DNA from: a virus
Length of the DNA stretch: 39,378 bases
IMG/VR virus record: IMGVR_UViG_3300043331_001419
Coordinates: 1-39,378 of that record
Reading direction: 5' to 3' (one strand)
Shown here: positions 14,162 through 23,361 of the stretch, piece after piece
How positions within the stretch are numbered: position 1 is the first letter of the stretch
How the letters are laid out: each line of letters begins with the position of its first letter
Translations under genes and position numbers: made by a program
Notes under the pieces: generated by a model
Told to the model about the DNA's origin: nothing
Seen by the model: the letters and a program-made list of their open reading frames with translations, nothing else
Databases searched by the model: none

Positions 14162-15987
14162 CGCGAATACAGTCCTGGTCCGCCGCCGGGCACGAGCTTG
14201 GGCGGCCGTGCTCCGGGCTCCGGCGTGTGCGTGGTCAGCGGCGCGAGGAGCGGATTCTTGCCCCGCGGGAACACCGTCAACCCGTAGTCGGGGGCGGGCG
14301 TCGCGGCCGACTTCTCGGGCTTGGCCGTCCCGAGCTGCACCATCGCCTGCTCGATCGCCTCGGCCTCGCGCAGCTGCCGGACGACCTGGTTGTACTGCTC
14401 GCGCGTGAGGCTGAACCGCTTCATCGCGTCGGCCGCAGGGCCGAGCTCCTCCAGCGTCCGCACGGGCGACGCCTTGCGGAGCATCGTGACGCGCGCCTGG
14501 GCGGCGAGCCCGACGTGCGCGATGTACTTCGGCAGCAGCTCCGTGGCGACCCTGTCGGGATCCTCCCCGTTGCGCACGCGCCGGACCAGCTCGTCCTCGG
14601 CCAGGGCCAGCGCGGTCTTGCCGGCGTGGCTGATCGCCTCGTTCAGGTCGTTGGCGCGCAGCCCGCGCTCGAGCGACAGCCGCGCCTCGCGCAGCCGGTC
14701 CTTCGCCTCGCGCTCCTGCTCGCGCCGCTCGGCGCGGGCGATGCGGGTTTCCGCGCGCTCCTCGGCCTTCGCCGCCCGCTCGTCGCGCTCGCGGTCCCGT
14801 GCCTCGGCCTTGGCGATCCGGTCGTTCGTGCGCTGCTCGGCGGCGTTCGCGCGCGCCGTCTGCGTGTAGACGGCGTTCCAGTGCTCGAAGGTCTTGCCGT
14901 TGATCCTCGGCGCGGAGCCGTCGGCGGGCGCGTACTGCTCGGCGAGCCACTCGACGTCGGCCTGCCCGAGCTCGGGCGCGCGCGACCGCAGGCGGATCTC
15001 CTTGAGCACGAGCGGATCGTCCTCGACGTCGCGGTTGGTGATGGCGTCGAGCACGGCGCGCTGCTCGGCGGGGTTGAAGTTCCAGAAGCGGTTGAGCCGC
15101 TCGAACTCCGGCGTCGTCATCTGCCCGCTGCGCGCGTCGGCGTAGTATTCGGACCACGCCATCGCCTTGGCGTCGTTCCAGTTCTTCGTGGCGAGGGTCT
15201 CGCGGTGCTCCTGCTGCCGCACGCTGTGCTCGCGGAGCGACGCGAGCTTGATGGGGTCGGTGATCTTCCCCGCGTAGGCGTCGACCGACTCACCGCGGTC
15301 GGCGGCCTTCGTGGCTTCGGCGATGACGATGCGCTGGTTGAAGTCCTCGATCCACGCGGCCACGCCGTCCTCGCCCAGCACCGGCCCCTTCTGGCTGACG
15401 ACGAAACGATGGCGCTCGGCGATGGCCTCGCGCTCCTGGGGCGTCGTCGCCGTCTCCATCTGCCGCAGCGTCTCGGCGCGCTGCTCGATGAGGCTCCCCT
15501 TCTCGCGGTCGACCCAGAGGCGCGTGGCGAACTTCTGCGCGTCGATCTGACGCGACGTCCACGCTTGGTTGAACATCCGCGTGAGGTACGTCTTGAGCTC
15601 GACGTCCTTGGTCGACTGCAGCAGCTCGTCGCGGATCCCGCGCTCGCGCTCGGTCAGGCGGGCGACGTAGTCCTGGTGGCTCGCGGGCTCCTCGAGGACC
15701 TGGCCGGTGACGGGATCGCGCCGGCCGGTGAGCAGCTCCTGCGAGGCCGCCTCCAGGCGGCTGCCGTAGCCGAGCAGCATCTCGCTCGCGGTCGTGAGCT
15801 GCTGCTGGCGGCGGCGGTCCTCTTCCAGGCGCTTGACCTCGTCGAGCGCGCGCACGCCGGTGCGGTGCAGCGTCTCGCCCGCCGAGGCGAGGGCCACGGC
15901 GCCCTGGCTGAACGCCCCCGGGCTCGCCTGGCCGTACGGGATGCCGCCGCCCACGGGCCCGGTCGCCAGCAGGGTCGGGATCTTCAT
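14158..15987 (-). CDS. Internal virion protein (T7 gp15 position), 609 aa
   Basis: ORF track full length. Sequence: MKIPTLLATGPVGGGIPYGQASPGAF..., with a long charged helical region (AKAEARDRERDERAAKAEERAETRIARAERREQEREAKDRLREA). Confidence 0.75.
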   Translation of the reverse strand: MKIPTLLATGPVGGGIPYGQASPGAFSQGAVALASAGETLHRTGVRALDEVKRLEEDRRRQQQLTTASEMLLGYGSRLEAASQELLTGRRDPVTGQVLEEPASHQDYVARLTERERGIRDELLQSTKDVELKTYLTRMFNQAWTSRQIDAQKFATRLWVDREKGSLIEQRAETLRQMETATTPQEREAIAERHRFVVSQKGPVLGEDGVAAWIEDFNQRIVIAEATKAADRGESVDAYAGKITDPIKLASLREHSVRQQEHRETLATKNWNDAKAMAWSEYYADARSGQMTTPEFERLNRFWNFNPAEQRAVLDAITNRDVEDDPLVLKEIRLRSRAPELGQADVEWLAEQYAPADGSAPRINGKTFEHWNAVYTQTARANAAEQRTNDRIAKAEARDRERDERAAKAEERAETRIARAERREQEREAKDRLREARLSLERGLRANDLNEAISHAGKTALALAEDELVRRVRNGEDPDRVATELLPKYIAHVGLAAQARVTMLRKASPVRTLEELGPAADAMKRFSLTREQYNQVVRQLREAEAIEQAMVQLGTAKPEKSAATPAPDYGLTVFPRGKNPLLAPLTTHTPEPGARPPKLVPGGGPGLYSR

Positions 15988-16601
15988 ACGCCGCTCACCT
16001 GCGTCGGCGCGCTGGACGGCCGCGTGGCCCTCGGCCCGTAGTACGCCATGCCGACGTTCGCGAGCCCCGACAGGAGCGACGCCCCGGCGCCGATCGCGCC
16101 GGCGCGTTCCGCCGAGCGCGCGTAGAAGCCTTGGAGCGTCGCCTGCGAGCGGAAGCCGGTCTCGGCCAGGTCGGCGTTGTAGCGGAGGAGCTGCTCGGAG
16201 CGCACGGCCTCGCGGGCGCTGTCCATCTGGACCAGCAGCGGCGAGCCCTCGGTGGTGATGACGCCGCTGGCGCCGTACGCCGCGCGCTGCGAGGCGAGGA
16301 GGCGTCGGTTCCGCTCGCGCTCGCGCTCGGCGGCCAGCTCGCCCTGATCCTGCGCGGACGTCGCCTGGTTCTGGGCCACCTTGCGGTTGTAGCGCGCCGC
16401 GGCGGCCTGCTGCTGGCCGGACTCGTACGCGGCGTAGGCGCTGACGGCCGCGCCGGCGACGGCGACGGCGACCACGGCGATCTCGACGCCGGTGTGCCGC
16501 TCCCGCGGCCCGGCGCCGAGCGGGCCCACGCGCCGCTGCCCGCGCCCTTCGCGCAGGATGCCCGGAGCGCGCCGCGGAGCGGCCAGGAGTTCATATCTCA
16601 T
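15984..16601 (-). CDS. Internal virion protein with TM segment (T7 gp14 position), 205 aa
   Basis: ATG 16601 is in an ATGA overlap. TM segment: VEIAVVAVAVAGAAVSAYAAY, followed by a Q/A-rich helical region. Confidence 0.65.
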   Translation of the reverse strand: MRYELLAAPRRAPGILREGRGQRRVGPLGAGPRERHTGVEIAVVAVAVAGAAVSAYAAYESGQQQAAAARYNRKVAQNQATSAQDQGELAAERERERNRRLLASQRAAYGASGVITTEGSPLLVQMDSAREAVRSEQLLRYNADLAETGFRSQATLQGFYARSAERAGAIGAGASLLSGLANVGMAYYGPRATRPSSAPTQVSGV

Positions 16602-17059
16602 GCGAGCCCTCCCGGGAACATGGCGAACCGCACGAAGTCCTGGCCCTGCGGCCCGTAGGCGCGCATGACCCCCTCCGGACGGAAGCCGAGCACCTCGGCC
16701 CAGCGCAGCGCGACGGGGTTGCTCGCGTCCACGGAGGCCTGCAGCCGCCGGAGCCCGAGCTGCCGCACGAGGCCGCGCAGAGTCCGCGCCACCGCGCGGT
16801 GCACGAACGCGGGATGCGCGCGGCCGACCGCCGTCAGCACCGCCCACGCCTCGGCCACGCCCGGCCACATGACCGCGATGCCGGCCACGGCGGCCACCTC
16901 GCCGTCGACCAGCGCGGTGTAGGCGGGCCCCGTGGCGGCGAACAGCTCGCCGACCTGTCGGGGCGTCGAGATGCACCAGCCGTCGCCGATGGCGGCGACG
17001 TAGTCGGCCGGGGTGAACGGCCGGACCTCGTAGCCGGCGGTGGCCAGGCTAGGAGCCAA
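16598..17059 (-). CDS. GNAT-family N-acetyltransferase (in the T7 gp13 position)
   Basis: ORF track 153 aa (TTG start 17059). Sequence: ...FTPADYVAAIGDGW...ALVDGEVAAVAGIAVMWPGVAEAWAVL...HRAVARTLRGLVRQLGLRRLQASVDASNPVALRWAEVLGFRPEGVMRAYGPQGQDFVRFAM, a typical GNAT core. Confidence 0.8.
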   Translation of the reverse strand: MAPSLATAGYEVRPFTPADYVAAIGDGWCISTPRQVGELFAATGPAYTALVDGEVAAVAGIAVMWPGVAEAWAVLTAVGRAHPAFVHRAVARTLRGLVRQLGLRRLQASVDASNPVALRWAEVLGFRPEGVMRAYGPQGQDFVRFAMFPGGLA

Positions 17060-19514
17060 CGGACAGGACCCCGCTGAGCAGCAGCACCGTGGCCGGCAGC
17101 GGCTGCGTCTGCTCGATCGTCACGCGCTTGTCCCGGTCGATCCCCTGGAGTCCGGCCACGCGCACGTCGCCGGTGAACAGCGGCGGCGGCTGGTCCATGC
17201 GGTCGGACGTCTTGCGGAACGTCACCGTCTCGCGCGTGCTGCCGACCGTGATGGACAGGCCGAGCGTCTCCCACACGCGCACGATGACCTCCGACCAGTG
17301 CCCCGGCACGCCCTGGGTCGTCCCCGCCACCTGCAGCTCCGGGCGCACCGTGACGAGCCGGGCCGTGTACGGCAGCCCGACCTCCACGACGATGCCGGGG
17401 GTGTCGGCGGTGACGGCGCCCGAGGCCACCGTCTCCTCGGGCAGCACCGCGCCGTCCACCACGATCGCGACGGCCTTGCCCTCGAGGTGCGCGAGGCCGT
17501 CCAGGTCCGTCCGGGCCACGCCCCAGGCGCCCGCAACGTGGGGTCCAACGCCCGGGAACGCGTTGACCACGGTGACGGTCACCACGGTGGACGACGTGAA
17601 GCCCGTGACCGTGGCCTTCGCGGACGCGTCGAAGAGCCAGAGCTGGCGCCCGACGTCGGCCGCCTCGAAGAACGCCGCGCCCGCCGTCGCCGTCACGCCG
17701 GTGCCGGAGGTGGCCGAGAGCGTGAGCGTCGTCGTCCCCGTGCCGTCGTAGGTCACGGCGCAGTCGGTGTGCAGCGTGCGGTAGAAGAACTCGGCGTCGT
17801 CAAAGTATTCGATGTAGCGCCGGGTCGCGCCGTTGACCGTGCGCTGCACGGCGAGCCACACCTGTTCGCGGTCGCCGTCGGGGTGCGGGATGACGCACAC
17901 CGACTCCACGAAGCCGTCCACCGGCAGCTCGTCGGCGTCGATCGCGCCCGTGACGTGCCGGTGCCAGGCGACCACGTTCTGGTCGCGCAGGTAGGTCATG
18001 CCGAGGAGCGTGCCGTCCTCGCGCACGCCCCAGAGGGTCGACGTCGGCTCGCGCTGGTAGGCCACCTGCGTGATCCCGCTGTCGCGCGTCAGATGGTCGG
18101 CGAGCAGGGTCAGGTCGGGGGCGACGTAACTGTCGACGTTGAAGTCGAAGACGAGCTCCCGCACCTGCTTCTGCGACACCGTGGTGAACAGCAGCACGTT
18201 GCCCACGCGCACGGGCGGGACGCGGTCGGTCGACCCGTAGCCGGTTTGCGGCTTCACCTGCACGTTGGTCGGCGTCAGCGGTGACTCGTTCGCCCCGGCT
18301 AGGAGCACCTCGCCCACGCCGGTGCCGGCGAGCAGCGCACGCGAGGCGTGCAGCCAGACGATGGAGTCGAGCACGCCCGAGATCGGGACCTCGATCGCGT
18401 CGTCGTCGAGCACGCCCACGGCGAAGTTCGGGTAGTCGTCCGTCTTCGAGGCCCACACGACGTACGGCTGAGCGAGCGACGACGCGTAGACGTGGCGCCC
18501 CTCGTGGAACTCGGTGCACGCGGGCCAGCCGTTGTGCGAGGACCAGGCGGCCTCCTCGAGCGTCCAGGCGTCGGCCTCGGCCGCCGTCGTGGCGTTGAGC
18601 TCGGCGCGGATCACGCCGTTGGCGACGGTCGTGGACGTCAGCGACGTGATCTCCACGCAGCCCCCGTTGATGTGCACGAACTGGCCGACGTGGCGCGCGC
18701 GCCAGCACGCCGCGGCGCCGGTCAGCGTGATGCCGAGGCCGACCGGCGTCTTCGCCGACGGCGTCACCTGCGTGCGCGGCGAGTCCGTCATCTTCCAGTC
18801 GGTGGCGGCGATGGCCGAGGTGCCGGCGAAGTTCTGCGTGATGTTCACCGTCACCTGCTGCTGGGTGACGTAGGTCGCGATAGTCGCGCGCGCCCCGATC
18901 GAGGCGCCGGCGGTCACGACCAGCTCACGCCCCACGTCGGCGGCCTCGAACTCGGTGGTGCTGGTGTTCACGACGATGCCCGAGCCGGTGGCCGCGGCGG
19001 GGGTCATGGTTCCGGTCGGACGCTGGCCGTATTCGTAGGACGGCGGCGGCGCGTAGGTCTCGGTGCGGAGCTTCCACACGGTGTCGCTGTAGCGCTCGAG
19101 CCGGCGCGGCTGGTAGTAGAGCGACGTGATGTAGATAACGTCGTTCGACTGCGTGAGGGTCAGCAGCGGCAGGTCGGCGGCCAGGTACGGGGTCGCGACC
19201 TCCACCGGGGTGCCGCCGGACAGCACCGGGGCGCCGTCGGCGAAGAACCGGATGTAGCCCTCGCCGAACTCCAGCACGTAGCTGTTCGCCACCGACTGCT
19301 GAAACTTGAACAGGCGCGGCGTCTTCGTCTGGTCCTTGACGGTGGCGATGTAGCGCGTGCCGGGCCGGCGCGTGACGCCGCCGGCGTGGCGGATGGTCCA
19401 GTTGCGCAGCGTCCGGCAGGACGAGAAGTACCGCTCGAGATCCACGCGCCCTTCGACGAGGTCGGAGACCTCGCCGTTGGCGAACGAGGATTGCAGCGGC
19501 CTCACGCGCGGCAT
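17049..19514 (-). CDS. Tail tubular protein B (T7 gp12-like)
   Basis: ORF track 821 aa. N-terminus MPRVRPLQSSFANGEVSDLVEGRVDLERYFSSCRTLRNWTIRHAGGVTRRPGTRY matches the conserved start of podovirus gp12-type proteins. It follows the gp11-like gene. Confidence 0.85.
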   Translation of the reverse strand: MPRVRPLQSSFANGEVSDLVEGRVDLERYFSSCRTLRNWTIRHAGGVTRRPGTRYIATVKDQTKTPRLFKFQQSVANSYVLEFGEGYIRFFADGAPVLSGGTPVEVATPYLAADLPLLTLTQSNDVIYITSLYYQPRRLERYSDTVWKLRTETYAPPPSYEYGQRPTGTMTPAAATGSGIVVNTSTTEFEAADVGRELVVTAGASIGARATIATYVTQQQVTVNITQNFAGTSAIAATDWKMTDSPRTQVTPSAKTPVGLGITLTGAAACWRARHVGQFVHINGGCVEITSLTSTTVANGVIRAELNATTAAEADAWTLEEAAWSSHNGWPACTEFHEGRHVYASSLAQPYVVWASKTDDYPNFAVGVLDDDAIEVPISGVLDSIVWLHASRALLAGTGVGEVLLAGANESPLTPTNVQVKPQTGYGSTDRVPPVRVGNVLLFTTVSQKQVRELVFDFNVDSYVAPDLTLLADHLTRDSGITQVAYQREPTSTLWGVREDGTLLGMTYLRDQNVVAWHRHVTGAIDADELPVDGFVESVCVIPHPDGDREQVWLAVQRTVNGATRRYIEYFDDAEFFYRTLHTDCAVTYDGTGTTTLTLSATSGTGVTATAGAAFFEAADVGRQLWLFDASAKATVTGFTSSTVVTVTVVNAFPGVGPHVAGAWGVARTDLDGLAHLEGKAVAIVVDGAVLPEETVASGAVTADTPGIVVEVGLPYTARLVTVRPELQVAGTTQGVPGHWSEVIVRVWETLGLSITVGSTRETVTFRKTSDRMDQPPPLFTGDVRVAGLQGIDRDKRVTIEQTQPLPATVLLLSGVLSVGS

Positions 19515-19523
19515 GGGCGCTCG

Positions 19524-20117
19524 CTACCGGACGTCCCGGGTCAAGGTGGTCGTCACGTAGCGCCGCTTCGACTGCTCGGTGCCGTCGAGTCCCTTGGCCG
19601 CGGACAGCGCGCGCGCGGCGAGCTGCTCCTGCTCGGCGCGCAGCTCGCGGTTCTGCGTGAGCGGGAAGGCCAGTTTCGCGGCGAGGTCCTGCACGATCGC
19701 CTTTTCCAGCGCGGGGGACCACTTCGTCACGTCCGTCTGATCGACGATGTAGCGAATGGACACGCTCGTCTCGTCGGTCAGGAGCGAGGCGTTCCCGTCG
19801 GCGTCGATCTCGATGTCCCACGCGTCGCCCTCGCCCTCTTCGGCGCGGTCGAGCGAGGTGGAGAGCACGCGCAGACACGCCACGGGCAGCGGGTAGGCGT
19901 AGCTGTAGCCCCACGTCGGCGCCGTGCTGGCCTGAGCAAGGGTTGTCCGCGCCACGCAGCGGTTCCAGGCGTGCGCGGTCAGCACCTCGCGCCGCGCCTT
20001 CGGGTAGAGGCGGGCACAGAGCCGCGCGCGGTCGCTGTCGTCGGTGAGCGCGGTGATGGCTTCGGCCCCCAGGAGCTGGAGCGCGGCGGAGCACACGTCG
20101 ACGTCGCTGTCTGCCAT
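19524..20117 (-). CDS. Tail tubular protein A (T7 gp11-like)
   Basis: ORF track 197 aa. Sequence: MADSDVDVCSAALQLLGAEAITALTDDSDRARLCARLYPKARREVLTAHAWNRCV... Confidence 0.8.
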   Translation of the reverse strand: MADSDVDVCSAALQLLGAEAITALTDDSDRARLCARLYPKARREVLTAHAWNRCVARTTLAQASTAPTWGYSYAYPLPVACLRVLSTSLDRAEEGEGDAWDIEIDADGNASLLTDETSVSIRYIVDQTDVTKWSPALEKAIVQDLAAKLAFPLTQNRELRAEQEQLAARALSAAKGLDGTEQSKRRYVTTTLTRDVR

Positions 20118-20121
20118 GTCC

Positions 20122-20304
20122 CTACCGTCCCCGCCGGCGCCGCCGGAGGAAGGTCAAAACGAAGTCCACGACCGCCGCCGCCGGCGTGCTGTTGACGATG
20201 TCGCCGACGTATCCCCACGACACGAGGCGCTCGGCAAACGTCCCCGTCGACCGGCGCAGGCCGCCCGTGACGACGGCTATCGCGTCAGCGCCGAAACCAG
20301 CCAT
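20122..20304 (-). CDS. Hypothetical small protein (60 aa)
   Basis: ATG 20304 lies 5 nt after GAGGA. Sequence: MAGFGADAIAVVTGGLRRSTGTFAERLVSWGYVGDIVNSTPAAAVVDFVLTFLRRRRRGR. Third positions are G/C-rich. Confidence 0.5.
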   Translation of the reverse strand: MAGFGADAIAVVTGGLRRSTGTFAERLVSWGYVGDIVNSTPAAAVVDFVLTFLRRRRRGR

Positions 20305-20603
20305 TCCAGTCCTCGGACGAAGGCCCCGCCCGCGGCCGCGGCCAGCAGCAGGCGCCACGCCATGCGGTGCTCGTGCTTGATCGTGAGTTGCTGGGGCGGC
20401 GCCTCGTCGTAGCGGCCGACCGCCCGCTCGTGGCCGAACTCGCACTGCGCGAGCACGTCCTGATCGGTGGGCTTGCGCCCGGCCGAGGCCTCGGCGTCGT
20501 ACCAGGCCAGCGCGATCGCGATGTCCGCGGGGTGGTAGCCCTTGCCGCGTAGCCAGCGGCGCAGCATGTCGCGGCGGGTCGGCGGCGTGCGCGTGTCGTT
20601 CAT
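20277..20603 (-). CDS. Hypothetical protein with C-terminal hydrophobic helix (108 aa)
   Basis: ORF track. ATG 20603 is in an ATGA overlap. Confidence 0.6.
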   Translation of the reverse strand: MNDTRTPPTRRDMLRRWLRGKGYHPADIAIALAWYDAEASAGRKPTDQDVLAQCEFGHERAVGRYDEAPPQQLTIKHEHRMAWRLLLAAAAGGAFVRGLEWLVSALTR

Positions 20604-21802
20604 GAGCTGGCCCCTCGCGTGGCCTCGCCGGCGTCATCGACCATCGCGTGATCGAGCTTGGGCGTGGTGCCGTCGTCCTCGAAGAGGACGAGATGGTCCG
20701 TGGCCTTGTCGTAGCGGAGCTTGTTCACCATCCACTGGCGAAAGCCCCAGATCAGGCCGCGCAGCGTGTTTGGCTTGCCGACGAGCCCGGTGGCCGTCTC
20801 ATCGAGGATCGCGTCCACGCCGGCAGCGCTGAGCGCGTAGCCGGTCTTCGTCGTCACGTCGTTGACCGAGCCGGAGATGTTGCCGGTGATGTCCCCGACG
20901 AAGTCCCCGGTCGCGCCGGTGGCGACGAGCGCGCTTCCTGCGGACGAGTCGATCGTGACGGCGTTGCCGGCCGCGCCCGCGGCCAGCGCCTTGCCGTTCG
21001 TGGACTGGAGGCGCAGCGCGTGGGCGTTGCCGGTGCCCGTCGCCTCGATGTTGACCGCGATGCCGCCGGCGTCCGAGCGCGACACGACGAGGCCCTTGAG
21101 CGTGAGCACGGTGGCGCTGCCCCCGTGGGCGCCATCGGCGAGCGTGACCGCGTCCGTCGCCGAGTCGAAGTAGTCGGCCGTCGGCTTGGTCCGCGCCTCG
21201 AACTCCGCCACCGTCGGCACGTCGCCGATCGCGGTCGCCAGCGCGTCCGTCGCCGCGATGATGAGCGACTGGTCGGCGGGATCGGTGGGGAGGTTGTCGG
21301 TCTTGGCCTTGATGAGGGCCAGGTGGCTCCCCGCCGCCTCCACCGTCGTCTTGATGTCCCCGAGCGCTGTGGCGTTCCAGCTCGTGGTGCCATCGCTCTT
21401 CGGGACCTTGTTCAGCTCGGCCTGGGTCGAGAGGCCGCTCTTGATGTCGCTGGAACAGGTGACGTTGAAGGTGAGCGAGCCGTCCGACTTCGGGACCTTC
21501 GCCAGTTCGGCGGTGTGGTCGGCCGTCTGCGGGAACGACGTGTAGACCTGCACCGTCGCCGGGATCGCGCCCGAGCCCGTGAAGGTGAAGGCCACCAGGT
21601 CGTAGTTCGTCTCGGCCTGCGCCGGGGCGTACGTGTGGTAGCCGTTGCCCTCGTGCGTGCACGCCCCCGAGCCCACGGATCCGGCGGCCTGGGTGCCGGC
21701 GTCGCCCGTGACGTACACGGTCACCGCGCCGGTGAACGCGCTGCCGTCGGTGGCGCTCACGAGCTGCGCGCCGATCTTCTGGCTCCCGACGTTCTTCTTC
21801 AT
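20600..21802 (-). CDS. Virion structural protein with internal 30-aa repeat (400 aa)
   Basis: ATG 21802 is in an ATGA overlap. Begins MKKNVGSQKIGAQLVSATDGSAFTGAVTVYVTGDAGTQAAG...HEGNGYHTYAP. Repeat: AELAKVPKSDGSLTFNVTCSSDIKSGL / AELNKVPKSDGTTSWNATALGDIKTTV. Confidence 0.7.
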   Translation of the reverse strand: MKKNVGSQKIGAQLVSATDGSAFTGAVTVYVTGDAGTQAAGSVGSGACTHEGNGYHTYAPAQAETNYDLVAFTFTGSGAIPATVQVYTSFPQTADHTAELAKVPKSDGSLTFNVTCSSDIKSGLSTQAELNKVPKSDGTTSWNATALGDIKTTVEAAGSHLALIKAKTDNLPTDPADQSLIIAATDALATAIGDVPTVAEFEARTKPTADYFDSATDAVTLADGAHGGSATVLTLKGLVVSRSDAGGIAVNIEATGTGNAHALRLQSTNGKALAAGAAGNAVTIDSSAGSALVATGATGDFVGDITGNISGSVNDVTTKTGYALSAAGVDAILDETATGLVGKPNTLRGLIWGFRQWMVNKLRYDKATDHLVLFEDDGTTPKLDHAMVDDAGEATRGASS

Positions 21803-22932
21803 CCCGCTCTCCCCGCGCCGATGACGGCGTTGCTCCCGCGCGCCCACGCGGCCTGGAAGGTGGGGCCGCCCCCCGTGGACGCCTTGAAGACGCACGCCGA
21901 CAGCGTGAGCGCCGGGTTGATGCCGTAGCGCTCGCCGGACACCGACCACGACATGACGCCGCCGGCCGTGCCGGGCTGGGTCGACATGCGGAAGTCGGTC
22001 GCGCTGTTCACCGTCTCGGTGTTTCGCAAGGTCTGATCCGCGCCGACCGTCGCCGTGGCGTAGGTGCCGTAGAGCGCGTCGATCACGAGGTCGTCGGCGT
22101 TGACGCCCGTGACGGTGACGCTGACGCTGGTCTGGTTCTTGTCCCAGGAGTTGAACGGCACGGACGCGCCGGTGGGCGTGGACTGGTCGACGCCGGTCAT
22201 CGAGATGCAGCCGAGCGCCAGCTCCGAGTCCGCGCCGGTGAGCGTCATCACGCAGTTCTGCGCGCCCGTCGCTGGAGCCGTCTTGCGGTAGCCGGCGCTG
22301 CGGAAGAAGCCGGCCGTGTTGTTGTACACGGACGTCATCGCCGCGCCCCCGTAGGTGATCCCCGAGACGTCGGCAACGGGGCTGTCCGACGACACGCCGC
22401 CCGCGAAGACGCACGTGTCGCTCCCGCTCGCCGCGGTGTGGCTGATCGTGACGCTGTTGGTGGCGGTCGCCTGACCGTCGGAGGCTTGGCCGAACGCAAC
22501 CGAGTTGTGCGTCTGCGGGACGAAGCTCCACGGCTCGTCGGGTTCTGTATCGAGCGTGACCCGCGTGACGACGCGATCGAGGTGCGTGTCGATCCGCACG
22601 CGCGCCAGCCGGCCCATGCCCGCACGCAGCCGCATCGTCGCCGTCGTCTCGGGCAGCTCGGCGCCGTCGCGCTCACGGCGCACCACGCCGCCCGGGAGGC
22701 CGACGCCCACGAGGCCCTGCGACCCCTCACCCCACGTCTGCCCGCCGTCGTAAGACACCTCGACGTAGACGTAGCCGTACGAGCCTTCAGGCGTAAGCGT
22801 CGGCGCGCCGACGTGCTTACGCCCGCACCGCACGGTAATGCGGTGCTCGTCGTCGGGGATCGCATACGGGCCAAACTCCCGGCGGTTACCGGCGCCGACG
22901 AGGGTGAGCGGCTGGTGGGCGAGGTGGCGCAT
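21799..22932 (-). CDS. Hypothetical structural protein (377 aa)
   Basis: ORF track full length, with diverse composition and G/C-rich third positions. Confidence 0.7.
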   Translation of the reverse strand: MRHLAHQPLTLVGAGNRREFGPYAIPDDEHRITVRCGRKHVGAPTLTPEGSYGYVYVEVSYDGGQTWGEGSQGLVGVGLPGGVVRRERDGAELPETTATMRLRAGMGRLARVRIDTHLDRVVTRVTLDTEPDEPWSFVPQTHNSVAFGQASDGQATATNSVTISHTAASGSDTCVFAGGVSSDSPVADVSGITYGGAAMTSVYNNTAGFFRSAGYRKTAPATGAQNCVMTLTGADSELALGCISMTGVDQSTPTGASVPFNSWDKNQTSVSVTVTGVNADDLVIDALYGTYATATVGADQTLRNTETVNSATDFRMSTQPGTAGGVMSWSVSGERYGINPALTLSACVFKASTGGGPTFQAAWARGSNAVIGAGRAG

Positions 22933-22942
22933 CAGGCGCGGC

Positions 22943-23284
22943 TCACGCCACCAGGAGCCACACGTCCACGTCGGTCGTGCCGGCGGCGACCGTGGGCCGG
23001 ATGTGCGTGACGCCCTCGAGAATCGCTTCGATCTTCAGCGCGTTGATCGTCGCCAGCGCGTTCCCCTGCGGATCGTTCAGCGTCGCCCACGTCGTGCCGT
23101 TGTCGATCGACCCCTCGATCGTGACCGAGCCCGCGCCGAGCGTGCCGATGATCTGCACCGTCTTGTCGCGGTACTTGCGCACGTCGACGGCGCTGCCCTC
23201 GTTGTTCGTGGCCGTCAGCGTCTCCCACTTCCAGAGCCGGTAGCCGGCGCCCTTGTCGACCAGCACCGCTGCAATCGTCGCCAT
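22943..23284 (-). CDS. Hypothetical small beta-rich structural protein (113 aa)
   Basis: ORF track. Sequence: MATIAAVLVDKGAGYRLWKWETLTATNNEGSAVDVRKYRDKTVQIIGTLGAGSVTIEGS... Confidence 0.7.
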   Translation of the reverse strand: MATIAAVLVDKGAGYRLWKWETLTATNNEGSAVDVRKYRDKTVQIIGTLGAGSVTIEGSIDNGTTWATLNDPQGNALATINALKIEAILEGVTHIRPTVAAGTTDVDVWLLVA

Positions 23285-23361
23285 GCGTGCGTTCTCCTTT
23301 GCGCGTCAGTCGAACGGCGCGGAGGCGACGGAGCCCGGAGGCCCCGCCGCCCCGCGCGCGG

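Noticed and set aside
10793-14287. Very long plus-strand ORFs opposite the structural genes (10793..14287 at 1164 aa, 14227..16041, 18348..20195, 26476..28065, 30515..31810 and others).
   Set aside because: These are shadow ORFs typical of very GC-rich DNA. Their translations are monotonous Arg/Gly/Ala/Asp/His strings. The opposite strand encodes recognisable proteins (gp16-like, TTPB, portal, TerL) with G/C-rich third positions.
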